A stretch of 64,000 nt of DNA, taken from the NCBI GenBank assembly GCA_032718475.1, contig JAUCBJ010008939.1, positions 22,061-86,060 on the forward strand. Direction: 5' to 3'. The position numbers and the translations under genes are program-made. The stretch is from Nemertoderma westbladi. Lineage: Eukaryota > Animalia > Xenacoelomorpha. A model generated the notes under the pieces. That model was given only the letters and a program-made list of their open reading frames with translations. It ran no database searches and was not told the DNA's origin. Shown piece by piece: positions 48,680 to 59,649 of the stretch; the first letter of the stretch is position 1, and the number at the start of each line of letters is the position of its first letter.

Positions 48680-50156
48680 TAGTCTTTCTTACGTGGACGG
48701 CGTTTACGCAGTTTTTTGAGGCTAGCAAGAGTCCTTTTCTCTTTGGGGCGAGCCACTTTACTAGGAGGGCTGTAACTCCTGGGTGTAGGATTATGGTCGA
48801 GGTATCCGCCGTTTCGATATGCTTCTCCTCGAGCTGATTTTCCTCCGCTCGTAGCTGGATACGTTCATCCAAAAACTCTCGCAGAGAATAGGATCGTCCA
48901 AGTTCGATAACTTCTTAGAGATTCTGGATTTCCCGATCGAACTGAGATATAGTTACTTTGTTTACCGCTTGGACTTGCTAGTGCAATTTACGTTTATCTG
49001 AACAAGCGTAAGTTCCTTTTCTGATCTTTGTAGAATAGCGTCTAACTCATTTGGTACTTTGGTGACAGGTTATATCGTGTTAAGCCGGGACGATGGTAAG
49101 GGTTAAACGGCGATATTAAATGTCCGCGTCCCAATCCGGCTAGGTAGGATGGGCTAATATCTAGGAAGCCCACAACCGGGGTGCCACCGACTAATTGTTC
49201 AGGTAACACTAGATCTTTGAGTAGTGAGTACAGCTCGGGAGGATCCGTCATACCAATAGGATCAAGAGTCTGAGGTCTCACTAGGGAATGAGGAGATCTG
49301 ATCGAGTATTCCGAAACTCTGATCATTGGTTTATTTAAGGATCGTCTGAGTCGAACGAGCGTAGGTGATACATCGAACAAGTTTCGCTCGAAACTCCCGT
49401 AAATATAGCGAGTAAAACCGTGTTTAAAGCAACGTCTCCGCGGATGTTTATGTCTTTCCGTTTGTTGGTTGGGTCTTGGACATTCATCGCAATAATACCA
49501 AAGACGCACGTCTTGTAGGGGAAACGCGAGTGATCTTTCTCCAGCTTACAATATTCCTCCATCCGTTCGAAGCTATCCGGTACAACAGGTAGCGGTCGAT
49601 CGGCGGTAAGATACATCATAGTGGAATAGAGCCGTTTGAGTTCTACCATGCGGTCATGATGTATACCTTGAGGATATCGAGTTTCTAGATTTTGTTGACT
49701 GGCAATATTGAGATATGTTTCTCTCAGGAATTCCAGATAATCGTTGAAGTCGCTGCGTTTATCCGGCTCCTCAACGTCTTCTCTTTCGAGTCTGTTTCGA
49801 ATAGAATTCTCGTGTTCCATTCTCAGTTTATCGTTCCGCCTCCGCTGGGTAGGATATTTAAATCATACCATTTCCCTTTCGGTGTCGACATCGTCCGTAT
49901 CGTGTAAATCGATAGGATGACCAGTAGTTAAGAAGTCCATAAGCGTACCATTACGATGCATATAGCGAGCAGTGAATTTTCGATAGTCCAATTCACGCGT
50001 AAGTTGCTCCTGGGACATCGGCGGTTCGATATAACGACCATTGTCCTCCGTAGTAGTTGGACCAGCGTCGCTGAGTATCAAGCTATCAACAAACGCTTGT
50101 AAAGGTAGAGTATATCGCTCCCTGATACCAAGATCATCTTCTATCAACTCAATCAT
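48680..50156 (-). pseudogene. Decayed accessory ORF of copy 2
   Basis: Fragments match the copy 1 protein, with stops and frameshifts. A ~2.4-kb deletion at ~48811 joins copy-1-equivalent positions ~4887 and ~7307. Confidence 0.9.
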
Positions 50157-50977
50157 ATCTGCTATATAAGTTTATCCATATTATAATGAGTTTATATTTA
50201 GGCGAGCGGGCGTCGCTGCCTACCCCTCTTTTGCCCCCAGACAGTGTAAGATCCTCAGCGCCGATGTACCGTCGTCGCTGTGCTTTCGCCAACGATGTAG
50301 CTACACAACGACAACGATAACCGGCACAAGTCACTCCACTGTCCGTCCCAAAGGCTTAGATGTACTTCAGGTTCTTTCTGGAGAGTTAGGGCTACTTTCA
50401 CAATTGCGACTCGCTACTGTAAACACACCTTAGTAGTAACATTCACCTACAAACGCACAAATTCAACACAACTGCCATAAACTGCACACATTCGGGCCAT
50501 TTGTCCGTTAGTCAGTACCTTCCAGAATGTCACTGTATTTATTATGTATCCTTGGATACTAGCAGTGTGCTATTTATTCACTATGCTATTCAATGGGGCA
50601 AGCTTTCTATTGTTCTTTTAACTCACTTCTAATTCTAGCGTGGTTGTTGCCATGGTGACATTATGGAAAGCTAGCGGTAGAATTAGGGTAATTCTCATGC
50701 ATACAGATCTGGGATGCTATTTAATAGTAATTCTTTAATTGTCAATATCCTCTCCATATATGATTTTATGAATTTTATCGGCTATTGACTATATATTGGA
50801 GATTCTCACACACAAATACACTTAATAGAGTGAATCTCCGCTCCCATGATCTATTAATTAATGGAATTTTGGGAATGTTATAAATTGTATAAAATGACAA
50901 TTTATTAAATTCATTGAAATATATGAATTTAAATTTATTCCCGTAAATTTTATTATTTAATATTAAAATAGACACAA

Positions 50978-53938
50978 CGCGCCCGTCGCTGGGTCGCAAC
51001 CAACTGTTGGTACGTGACAAAATAGCCAATCCACACCGTTAACCGTTTCAACCCTGCTGTGGAACATAGAAGGACTGAAATCTGTACTTGAGTTATCCTC
51101 TGACGATTTATTGTCCGGGCCTGATATCCTACTATTAACAGAGACTTTCGCAACTAAGGAACCCGATCTACCGGGGTACTATACTTGGAGCATGGAGGCG
51201 ACTAAACCCGCAGGAAGGGGAAGACCAATGGAGGGAATAACAGTTGCAGCTAAACCTCACCTGAACCCGGAATTAGTTAGTAAATCAGGATCATTTGTAA
51301 CAATTAATTCAGATGTTGGAGTTTTTATCTGCTGTTATTTCGACCCCGACACTAGTAGCGATGAGTTAGTGGACGGTGTTTATAAGGCGATCGAATCAGT
51401 TCCTGCTGGTTACAACGGACCAATTATATTAGGCGGTGATTTTAACGCCAGAATGGACAAACAGAATTGCAAAGCGGATTGTCTCCAATATCTCATGGAA
51501 GAAAGTCACTATGGACTGGAACTGCAGAATGATTTAACTCAACCAACTTATTACTGCCATAATGGTTCTAGTCTTATAGATTTAATATTTGCAAATGTTA
51601 AGGTTTCCTCAATAGACTACCCGATAAATGGATTAAGGAAACACATACCACTTAGAATGGAATGGGAGCTAAACGACCTTAGCAACCAACAATCTACGAC
51701 CAAGGAAGATTCTCAAAGAAAAACTAAGAGAGAACTCAACTTAAACAATCTGGAAGCGGACCCTAGGTTATACAACGCATTCAACTTCTTGGAATTTGAG
51801 CAGGATATTGACGCAGCCTACTTAAATATTGCAGAGGCAATTAAAGATTCAGCCGTACCAATCATATTTTCTAAGGAATCAAACCCCTGGTTTGATGAGG
51901 AATGTTACAAACGACGTCAAGAAGTAATAACGCTTCACCATAGGGCCAAAGTTGATCCAGCTGAACGCGAACTACTTTGTAGCACGAAACGATTATACAA
52001 AAACCTACTGAAGGGAAAACACGCAGCCTACCTAAAACTCCAAGAAGAAAAACTGATAGCTCGAGCCGAATCCGAGCCTTATAAATGGTGGCAGCAACGC
52101 AGAGCGGAACCACCTTGCCCAGTCCCACTGGCAGCATGGGAAAAACACTTCAGTGACCTACTATCAACAGCCACCCCACCTACCGAACCTCCATCGCAAT
52201 CAGTCCCATACACTACCGTCGGTGAAGGAGAGGATCTTCCATATAATGCTCCTTTTACTCCCGAGGAAGTGGAGGAAGAGTTTATGAAGAAACCAAGTCG
52301 GAAGTCCGGGGGACCCGACCGCCTCCCATACGAATTACTGAAAGCCGCACTCCCGCTAACTCTCTACTTTTGGGTAACGTTATTCAACATATGCTTCATT
52401 TCTATGCGCATTGTATCTACGTGGAAATCTTGTATATGTAAGGTGTTGTACAAAGGTAAAGGACCACGTAACGAACCAGATAACTACCGAGGCATTGCGT
52501 TGTTGTGCAATGCGTACAAGGTCTTAACTGGTCTCGTAGCTCGCCGCTTACGTGCCGCCTTCAGCCACCTGATACCCAGAGAACAATTTGGTTTCCTACC
52601 GGGAAGATCTACGGCACAACCCATTGAACAATTGCTCCATGATATAAACTGTAACCTCGACCAACCAAGGAGACCCCTGTACGCATGCTTTGTGGATTTC
52701 AAGAAAGCATTCGATTCCGTTCCAAGACCTAAACTCATCGAGAAACTGCGCCGTTTATTTGGGCTCAAAGGAAGAATGCTGCGATTTATAGAAATACTAC
52801 TATCGACCAATTACATACAAGTCTTCGATGGGTTGCGTAAAACCAAACCAATAAGCCAGCTGATCGGCCTATTACAGGGTGATACACTCAGTCCTTATTT
52901 ATTTATACTATACATTGCGGATCTGGTAGATGCGCTCAAGCGGGCTGCCATTTTAGTAATATTACTGTTTGCCGACGATCTACTGTTTTACTCACACACC
53001 AGGGAAAGTCTACAAGCCGGCCTCAATGCTCTATCAGAGTGGGCGGCTCTGAATGGTCTCACAGTCAATTTAAAGAAAACTGCCGTGATCAAGTTTCGAC
53101 GGGGAGGTAAACTTTGTAAAGCAGATGAGTTTTATTACAACCAGCAACCTGTTATAATCCGAAACGCTTACACATATTTGGGTGTTACTTTCCAGCCAAC
53201 GTTATCCTTTTCGACACACATTACAAATATCTGTTGTAAATCTATAATGTCTATCCACAACATTACAAACCCGCGTTATCTTTCTCTGGCGACCGCTATA
53301 AAAGTATTCAACATAAAGATACGACCCATAATAACGTACAACCTACATCTAATCTGGCCTCATCTGACTACCGCGAACCTCCATACAATTGACAGAGTAA
53401 AGACTAATTACCTAAAGAAAACCTTGGGCGTACACAAAAGCACATTGAATCGCCTTGTGATAGCTTTGTGCGGGGAGAACACTCTAGTCGAGGACATCAT
53501 TTGTAATCTGCACCTAAACGATACGGCTGCCTTGATGGAATATAGAGCAGATATCGTAACCAAGAAGTCGGAAATTCCGGTCGAGTTCTGGAGCAGCCCG
53601 GCATTCCAGAACCGAAAATGGACAGAACCTAACCAATCCGGTCGGCACGTAACAACACGGGTATCGGTCCACGGATTTCATCATAAGATCTGTGCGACAG
53701 ATAAATTTCATGCCCCCAACCTGGAGAGCTGTGTATGTCTGCTGTGCGGAGACCCGGCCCCACTATACCACCTACTAACATGCAAGGAAAACTCGCGAAC
53801 GCTAACCTCCTGGGCCTCTAATGATACGTAATTTACCGAACTCTTTTAACTCTTTAACGTTTTTACTTATTTATTTGATTTAATTAAATACCGTTTTTAT
53901 CTACCATAATGCCAGTACCATGGCGCAATTAAATTAAT
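50978..53938 (+). mobile_element. Non-LTR retrotransposon, probably 5'-truncated, inserted in the copy 2 spacer
   Basis: 18-bp TSD ATATTAAAATAGACACAA at 50960-50977 and 53939-53956. The empty site is visible in copy 1 at ~9474-9491. Confidence 0.93.
51018..53831 (+). CDS. LINE ORF2: apurinic endonuclease plus reverse transcriptase plus C-terminal Cys/His domain (clade uncertain, RTE-X/L2-like)
   Basis: WNIEGL (51060), LTET, GDFNA, SLIDL, YRGIAL, QFGF, DFKKAFD, QGDTLSP, FADD, YLGV and CVCLLC...YHLLTC. The frame is open from 51018. Confidence 0.93.
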   Translation, partial: QNSQSTPLTVSTLLWNIEGLKSVLELSSDDLLSGPDILLLTETFATKEPDLPGYYTWSMEATKPAGRGRPMEGITVAAKPHLNPELVSKSGSFVTINSDVGVFICCYFDPDTSSDELVDGVYKAIESVPAGYNGPIILGGDFNARMDKQNCKADCLQYLMEESHYGLELQNDLTQPTYYCHNGSSLIDLIFANVKVSSIDYPINGLRKHIPLRMEWELNDLSNQQSTTKEDSQRKTKRELNLNNLEADPRLYNAFNFLEFEQDIDAAYLNIAEAIKDSAVPIIFSKESNPWFDEECYKRRQEVITLHHRAKVDPAERELLCSTKRLYKNLLKGKHAAYLKLQEEKLIARAESEPYKWWQQRRAEPPCPVPLAAWEKHFSDLLSTATPPTEPPSQSVPYTTVGEGEDLPYNAPFTPEEVEEEFMKKPSRKSGGPDRLPYELLKAALPLTLYFWVTLFNICFISMRIVSTWKSCICKVLYKGKGPRNEPDNYRGIALLCNAYKVLTGLVARRLRAAFSHLIPREQFGFLPGRSTAQPIEQLLHDINCNLDQPRRPLYACFVDFKKAFDSVPRPKLIEKLRRLFGLKGRMLRFIEILLSTNYIQVFDGLRKTKPISQLIGLLQGDTLSPYLFILYIADLVDALKRAAILVILLFADDLLFYSHTRESLQAGLNALSEWAALNGLTVNLKKTAVIKFRRGGKLCKADEFYYNQQPVIIRNAYTYLGVTFQPTLSFSTHITNICCKSIMSIHNITNPRYLSLATAIKVFNIKIRPIITYNLHLIWPHLTTANLHTIDRVKTNYLKKTLGVHKSTLNRLVIALCGENTLVEDIICNLHLNDTAALMEYRADIVTKKSEIPVEFWSSPAFQNRKWTEPNQSGRHVTTRVSVHGFHHKICATDKFHAPNLESCVCLLCGDPAPLYHLLTCKENSRTLTSWASNDT

Positions 53939-54767
53939 ATATTAAAATAGACACAATTTTATTCCAGAACGTGTCTGGGGACTGGGATCCTTGATTCTAG
54001 GAATTTTGTCCTTTTAAGAGTATCGGTAAGTGCTACGATATCTTAATCGACTAGAATTTTAAAGGATCTGATATTTGACAGATTTTATAAATATTAGTAA
54101 TTAATATTTAGGATAGGCACCAGTTTATTCCAGAACTTGTCTGGGGACGTTAACCACTGATTCTAGAATTTTGTCTTTCAAGTATATCGGTGGGTGCCGC
54201 GATATCTTAATCGACTAGAATTACAGATGGTCAAAGGGTTTAACAGATTTATTTTGCGTTATACGCTACTGTTAAAGGGACATCACGCTACTATGTGTAT
54301 TATTTAATATACGGTATGAGAGCAACATCGCACGAAGCAATGTCAGTGTGAAGAGGCAAGTCGTTTCCAAGGTCTACCTAGAGCTTGGTTTAGCCGAGAC
54401 ACGAGGATCTGAACTTTGCATTCCTAATACTCTGCCTACCAATAATACTTGAATATAGTAGTGGCTTTATTGTACTTTAATAAGTACGGACATTTCATCT
54501 TACTGTAGTTACGTATTCGTAATGTAATACGGGCAGCAAGGAAAGAGAAAAATAATTATTTCTCGCCGTCGCACTAAATATATAATATAAGTAATTACGT
54601 AATAAACGCGAATATATTGCACTAATCTACTAAATAATCGCTAAAATAACATGCTACTAAATAAAATTAAATAAAACGATTATAATAAAATTACATAATA
54701 ATACATACATAAATATAAAATAATAAGAATATAAAATAATATGGTCACACACCCACTCCATATGCTA

Positions 54768-57700
54768 CTAAGCTGGGGAGTCCCTAGATGTTTGTTGGAT
54801 TAGGGAGATGGTCGTGGGAAGAGTATCTTGCCTCCCATAGTTTCCGGAGAGTTCTCTGTCTCTTTCCAGTAAACATAAGCGACCAACTGGGCGATTGAGC
54901 TGCTGCGTCTCGAAGACAATTCCCGGTTTCTTGAAGTTACGTCGCATGACGACGAGTTCTACCGATCGCACCAAACCGTCATCCGAGATGTGAGTCTCGA
55001 TGATACGACCTGTCTGCCACCGCTTACGTGGAAGATCTACATCCACAATAAGAACCATGTCTCCAGCGCTGACGTTTTCTTGCTGCGCAAACCACTTAGT
55101 TCGAAGTTGTAGCGTGGGCAGATAATGTTTTTCGAAATGGTCAGCGAAACGACGGGATAACAACTGCATGAGTTGCCAAGTTTGCCGGCAGTATTCGTCT
55201 CCGTCTGTGATTTCCGATTGTGGTAGCATGGCTACAGGTTTCTTCAGTAGGAAGTGCGCGGGTGTTAGCGCTTCCAGGGAATCGGAACTCGATGAGACTG
55301 GCATAAGCGGTCTCTCGTTGAGATAGGCGGCGATTTCCTCCATTAACGTCTGCAAAAGTTCGTCAGTGAGATACGCGCGGCAAGGCACTATAAAGTGAAA
55401 TGCTGTCTTCACACTTCTTATTAATCTCTCCCAACTTCCTCCCCACCAAGGGGCGTCGGCGGCGTTGAAGGTCCAGCTAGACGCTGTTACTCGTAGCTGA
55501 TCGTCCACCTGTCTTTGGTTCCAATCTTTGACGTAAGCTTTGATTTCATTGTTGGCACCAATGAAGTTTGTTCCCTTATCAGATCTCATCGTGTTACTAG
55601 TGCCAAAGCGAGCGATCTGTCGTCGTAAGCTTAATAGAAAGCTGTTGGTAGATAAATCGTTCACCATATCGAGATGGATAGCTCTACAAGTCATACAAAC
55701 AAAAATTACACACCATCTCTTGACTATAGTCCTAGCACGATATACTTCAATAGGGCCAAATAAATCCACACCGGTATTAGTAAAGGGTGGTTCATAGAAG
55801 CTTACTCGTTCCCTAGGTAATTCTGCCTCTCGCTGTGTTAAAGGCCTACTGAATGCTTTCCTACAGGGTATACAGTTCCTAAGAACTTGGTTCAGAGCTC
55901 TACGGGATTTATAAAAATAATAGCGAGTTCGAATTTCGCTAAGAACTCGTTCCCTACCAGCATGATAAAGTTTGCTGTGAACATCTACAATCATCTTGAC
56001 TTGGATTTCAAGATTTCTAATGAGTATGGGGAACTTAGTGTCAAAGGATATTGGAGCATTCGTTAATCTTCCTCCAACACGTATCAACCCATCTATCATT
56101 GTGCTAGAGAAACGATCCCTTAAGCGCATCTGTGGATTTCTCAACAATAGGAAATACTTATCGGAATCCTCATAGCATTGCAGGAGTCTCAGCATCTGCT
56201 TGTTGGTTTCTTCATGCTCCTGATAACTGATCTTCTCCTTCAGAAACCTGTCGGGTATCTTATATTTGGGAAGATCTTTAATAACATGGACCTGCACTGA
56301 TGTTATTGGAGCGGTATCACCTTTGGCTTTCATCCCGGAGTAGTGATGGTGAAAACATCTCTTTAAATATGTAACGGCTTTACAGAGCCGATTCCAGGAA
56401 CTGTAGTGATGTATCGCTCTCTGCAGAAGAGGTGAGAGTCCTTGCGAGACGTCTGGTATTCCAGATTTCCAATCTTTCTCACGGATTCCCACTACAGACT
56501 TATGTGTGGCTGTGGGTTTTTGATCCAAAGCGTCGTCTCCGGAAGTATGTAGTACAGACAGATCTACCATAGGTTTGAATAACTTCGATTTACTCGCCCG
56601 AGTTTTAGGTTTGACTTTCTCCGCTCCCTTGGCCTGTCTAATCTCTGCGGTGGTAAGATGAGGAGGCCATTCTTCTTCTTCTTTGTACAGGAAGTCGGGT
56701 CCACCTAGCCAGTCTGGAGTATCTACCAGTTCTTGTGGAGTTGCTCCCCTAGAGGCGATGTCTGCTGGATTAATCGTTCTGGGGCAATGCCTCCATTGAT
56801 CCATCGTTGTGCGACTGAGTATAATGGCTACTCTGTTGGTAACGAAGACGCTGAACTGACAGACTTCATTGGTTATATATTCCAACACGAGTAAAGCGTC
56901 GGTCCAATAAACAGTTTTCTCCAGTGGATAGTCGATCTGTTCTGTTACATTCCGGCCGATGGCTGTAGCGTATAGAGCCGCTTTTAACTCCACTCGAGGA
57001 ACTTTCAACTTATTGTTTATCAATGCCTTAGAAGTAACCAAGGCGACTTTGATTCCGTCCGGAGTTTCCACCCTTAGGTAGGCTACTATACCTATTCCCA
57101 TATCGCTGGCGTCTCCAAACACATGGAGTTGATAGGAATACGTAGGGAGAACATGACCAAAATATGAACGGGAAATTATAAAGTTCTCGATGGCTGGTAG
57201 AGAATCTTCCCATTTCATCCACTTCTTTAATAATTCTCCCTTAAGTGGATCGTCCCATGAGTGGTTTTCAAGCCACATTTGTTGTACTAAACTCCGAGCA
57301 ATCAATATAACTGGGCTAATAAATCCCAATGGATCGAAATAAGTGCTCAGTATACTTAAACAAATCCGCTTAGTCCGAACTGGATTATCTCGTTGTTTTA
57401 GTTGGAAAAACAGGATATCTCTTTCTGTGTCCCATTTCAAACCAAGGGTCTTAGTTTCTGGGAGATCATCTTTTATTAGATCCAGATCTTTCGCTCCTCG
57501 ATCTTCTACCGGGATCGACTCCAGAAACTCACAGGAGTTGCTGGTGAATTTAGTTAATCGAAATCCACCTCTTTTTAAGCACTCTACCGTTCCTTTTGCG
57601 ACGTCAATGGCTTCTTCGACTGATGGAAGGGACTTTAGATTGTCGTCCATGTATATATCCCTCTTGATGTTGTCAATCACCTCTTTAGAGAAGGCGTCTC

Positions 57701-59636
57701 GGTTGTCATCCGCAGTGGTGCGCACCACGGAACAGGCGTTTGAAGGGCTCGATATTATCCCAAAAGCCTGGATGGTCATCCAGTACTCCACCGGTTTCTG
57801 GTTGAGGTCTCCTTCAGGCCACCACAGAAATCGTAGGCTGTCTCGATCTCTATCCAGCGCCTTGACTTGTAAGAACATGCCTTCTATATCTGAGGCGAAA
57901 GCAATTGAATATTGTCTTAATCTTAAAAGTATTCCCAACAAGGATTGGAGTAAGTTGGGTCCGGGTAACAATTCAGAATTAAGGGATTGGCCCATATAGA
58001 GGGCGGAGCCGTCAAACACCACTCGTACTTCATGGGGTTTACCGGGTTTGGGAACATAATGGTGAGTTAAATAATACGTTCTCTCAGTTATAGGTGTTTC
58101 TTCCGGTACTAGCTCCGCATATCCCTTGCTAATAAACTTCTTCAACTGCGTTTGATACATTTCTTTAGCTGAAGAATTTGCCGTAAGGCGTCGATGTAGT
58201 TGAGCAATTCTTTTCTCCGCCAAGGGTCTGTTGTTTACGAACTTTGGTTCTCGCTTTCGGAAAGGTAGACCGATCTCATATCTACCTTGATCTTTAAGAA
58301 AACGTGTAGTTGTCTCTTGGATCTGCTTGGCTCTTTCTTCCTCTACCGATAGGGCCTTATCGTAGGAATTGGGCTCTACATCCTCTTGAGTAAAGAATCG
58401 TACGGCGTGTTCGTCCCGAGTCTTGGCATTATAACGTTCAATGACGTCATTAAGCTCGTCGTTATAGTCGTCTCGCTCTGATGGAAGAAGGAGTTGACAT
58501 AAGTTCACTTGGTTTTGCCAAGTCTCGTTTTCCTTAAGGAGATCGATGGCATTCTCCTCGTCAAAAAGTTGGTGGACATCGTCATTATCTGAGGAGTATG
58601 GTGTTCCCTCAGTTGGATCGTCTAACTCACTGCTCTCGACTTCCCATTCTCTCACTTGACATACCTGGTCTTTCGGTAATCTTTCCATGAGGGTTCTACG
58701 GGAAGGGCCAGTAAAGTACCAACCCACTCTAGTTCTTCCCGCATAAGCTTGTAGTGGTTGCGGTTGAGCGGGCCGTTTCTCCAATCTCTCGAGCGCTTCA
58801 TGCGCGTTTTGACCGATGAGTATTTGCACTCCAGGGTAATCGGTGTTGAATCTAGGTATTTCCAGCTGCTGGGTGAAATCGTCCTCATCCCAGTTATAAG
58901 GTTCCACTTGAGTGGTAGCGAAGTTCTTTATCGCCACCATTTTTACTGACCTTATACTATGTTCTCCTAGTTCATCCTGGGGGGTGGACAACGCACCTAC
59001 ATAATAATCCGCGATTACTGTAGATTTCCAAACCTGCATAATTCCTGACATGTTTAGCTTAGTTCGGAACTTGGGTTGTCCAGCAAAGATGTCTTCGGCT
59101 AGTTCTTTGTTGATGAATGTTCCTGTACTACCGGAGTCAAGGAGGGCGTTCACTACATTACTCCTTTTAGGTCCGTGGACCCTTACCTGTACTACAGGAA
59201 ATTCTCGGATTCCTACATTGGAAGATGGCGCTTTCCAAGATGGTTGTCGATCAGAAGTAGTTAGGGTGAGGTCGCTGTCTGTATCTTTTTCATACGTAAG
59301 TGCTCGATACACTGCGGTATTTATCATGTAACAGGATTCGTTTTCGTCGGAGAACTCGTCCGTATAGAATCCTTCCATCTCAGATTGATCAGTGTCGTTC
59401 ACATCACTGAATTGGACATGTAGTTCGGAATCACTTACCTGACTCAGACTATTTCGCTCGAATTCAGTGTGCAACAAGATATGATGTTTCGCACTGCACT
59501 TTGCACACCTTGTGTCGGAGTAACAGGTTCGCCGTTGGTGTCCTTGTCTGAGGCAATTATAACACAACCGCTTATCCCACATGACTTCCCGTCTCTCCGC
59601 TAATGATTTCTTCAGGAATTCATCACACATATTCAA
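54768..59636 (-). CDS. Intact BEL/Pao pol (end of gag knuckles, PR, RT, RNase H, integrase) of copy 2
   Basis: 1622-aa uninterrupted frame with LLDSGS, YMDD, HVFGDAS, HH-CC and the DDE integrase motifs. Confidence 0.96.
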   Translation of the reverse strand: MNMCDEFLKKSLAERREVMWDKRLCYNCLRQGHQRRTCYSDTRCAKCSAKHHILLHTEFERNSLSQVSDSELHVQFSDVNDTDQSEMEGFYTDEFSDENESCYMINTAVYRALTYEKDTDSDLTLTTSDRQPSWKAPSSNVGIREFPVVQVRVHGPKRSNVVNALLDSGSTGTFINKELAEDIFAGQPKFRTKLNMSGIMQVWKSTVIADYYVGALSTPQDELGEHSIRSVKMVAIKNFATTQVEPYNWDEDDFTQQLEIPRFNTDYPGVQILIGQNAHEALERLEKRPAQPQPLQAYAGRTRVGWYFTGPSRRTLMERLPKDQVCQVREWEVESSELDDPTEGTPYSSDNDDVHQLFDEENAIDLLKENETWQNQVNLCQLLLPSERDDYNDELNDVIERYNAKTRDEHAVRFFTQEDVEPNSYDKALSVEEERAKQIQETTTRFLKDQGRYEIGLPFRKREPKFVNNRPLAEKRIAQLHRRLTANSSAKEMYQTQLKKFISKGYAELVPEETPITERTYYLTHHYVPKPGKPHEVRVVFDGSALYMGQSLNSELLPGPNLLQSLLGILLRLRQYSIAFASDIEGMFLQVKALDRDRDSLRFLWWPEGDLNQKPVEYWMTIQAFGIISSPSNACSVVRTTADDNRDAFSKEVIDNIKRDIYMDDNLKSLPSVEEAIDVAKGTVECLKRGGFRLTKFTSNSCEFLESIPVEDRGAKDLDLIKDDLPETKTLGLKWDTERDILFFQLKQRDNPVRTKRICLSILSTYFDPLGFISPVILIARSLVQQMWLENHSWDDPLKGELLKKWMKWEDSLPAIENFIISRSYFGHVLPTYSYQLHVFGDASDMGIGIVAYLRVETPDGIKVALVTSKALINNKLKVPRVELKAALYATAIGRNVTEQIDYPLEKTVYWTDALLVLEYITNEVCQFSVFVTNRVAIILSRTTMDQWRHCPRTINPADIASRGATPQELVDTPDWLGGPDFLYKEEEEWPPHLTTAEIRQAKGAEKVKPKTRASKSKLFKPMVDLSVLHTSGDDALDQKPTATHKSVVGIREKDWKSGIPDVSQGLSPLLQRAIHHYSSWNRLCKAVTYLKRCFHHHYSGMKAKGDTAPITSVQVHVIKDLPKYKIPDRFLKEKISYQEHEETNKQMLRLLQCYEDSDKYFLLLRNPQMRLRDRFSSTMIDGLIRVGGRLTNAPISFDTKFPILIRNLEIQVKMIVDVHSKLYHAGRERVLSEIRTRYYFYKSRRALNQVLRNCIPCRKAFSRPLTQREAELPRERVSFYEPPFTNTGVDLFGPIEVYRARTIVKRWCVIFVCMTCRAIHLDMVNDLSTNSFLLSLRRQIARFGTSNTMRSDKGTNFIGANNEIKAYVKDWNQRQVDDQLRVTASSWTFNAADAPWWGGSWERLIRSVKTAFHFIVPCRAYLTDELLQTLMEEIAAYLNERPLMPVSSSSDSLEALTPAHFLLKKPVAMLPQSEITDGDEYCRQTWQLMQLLSRRFADHFEKHYLPTLQLRTKWFAQQENVSAGDMVLIVDVDLPRKRWQTGRIIETHISDDGLVRSVELVVMRRNFKKPGIVFETQQLNRPVGRLCLLERDRELSGNYGRQDTLPTTISLIQQTSRDSPA

Positions 59637-59649
59637 ATGGTGAGTCCCG

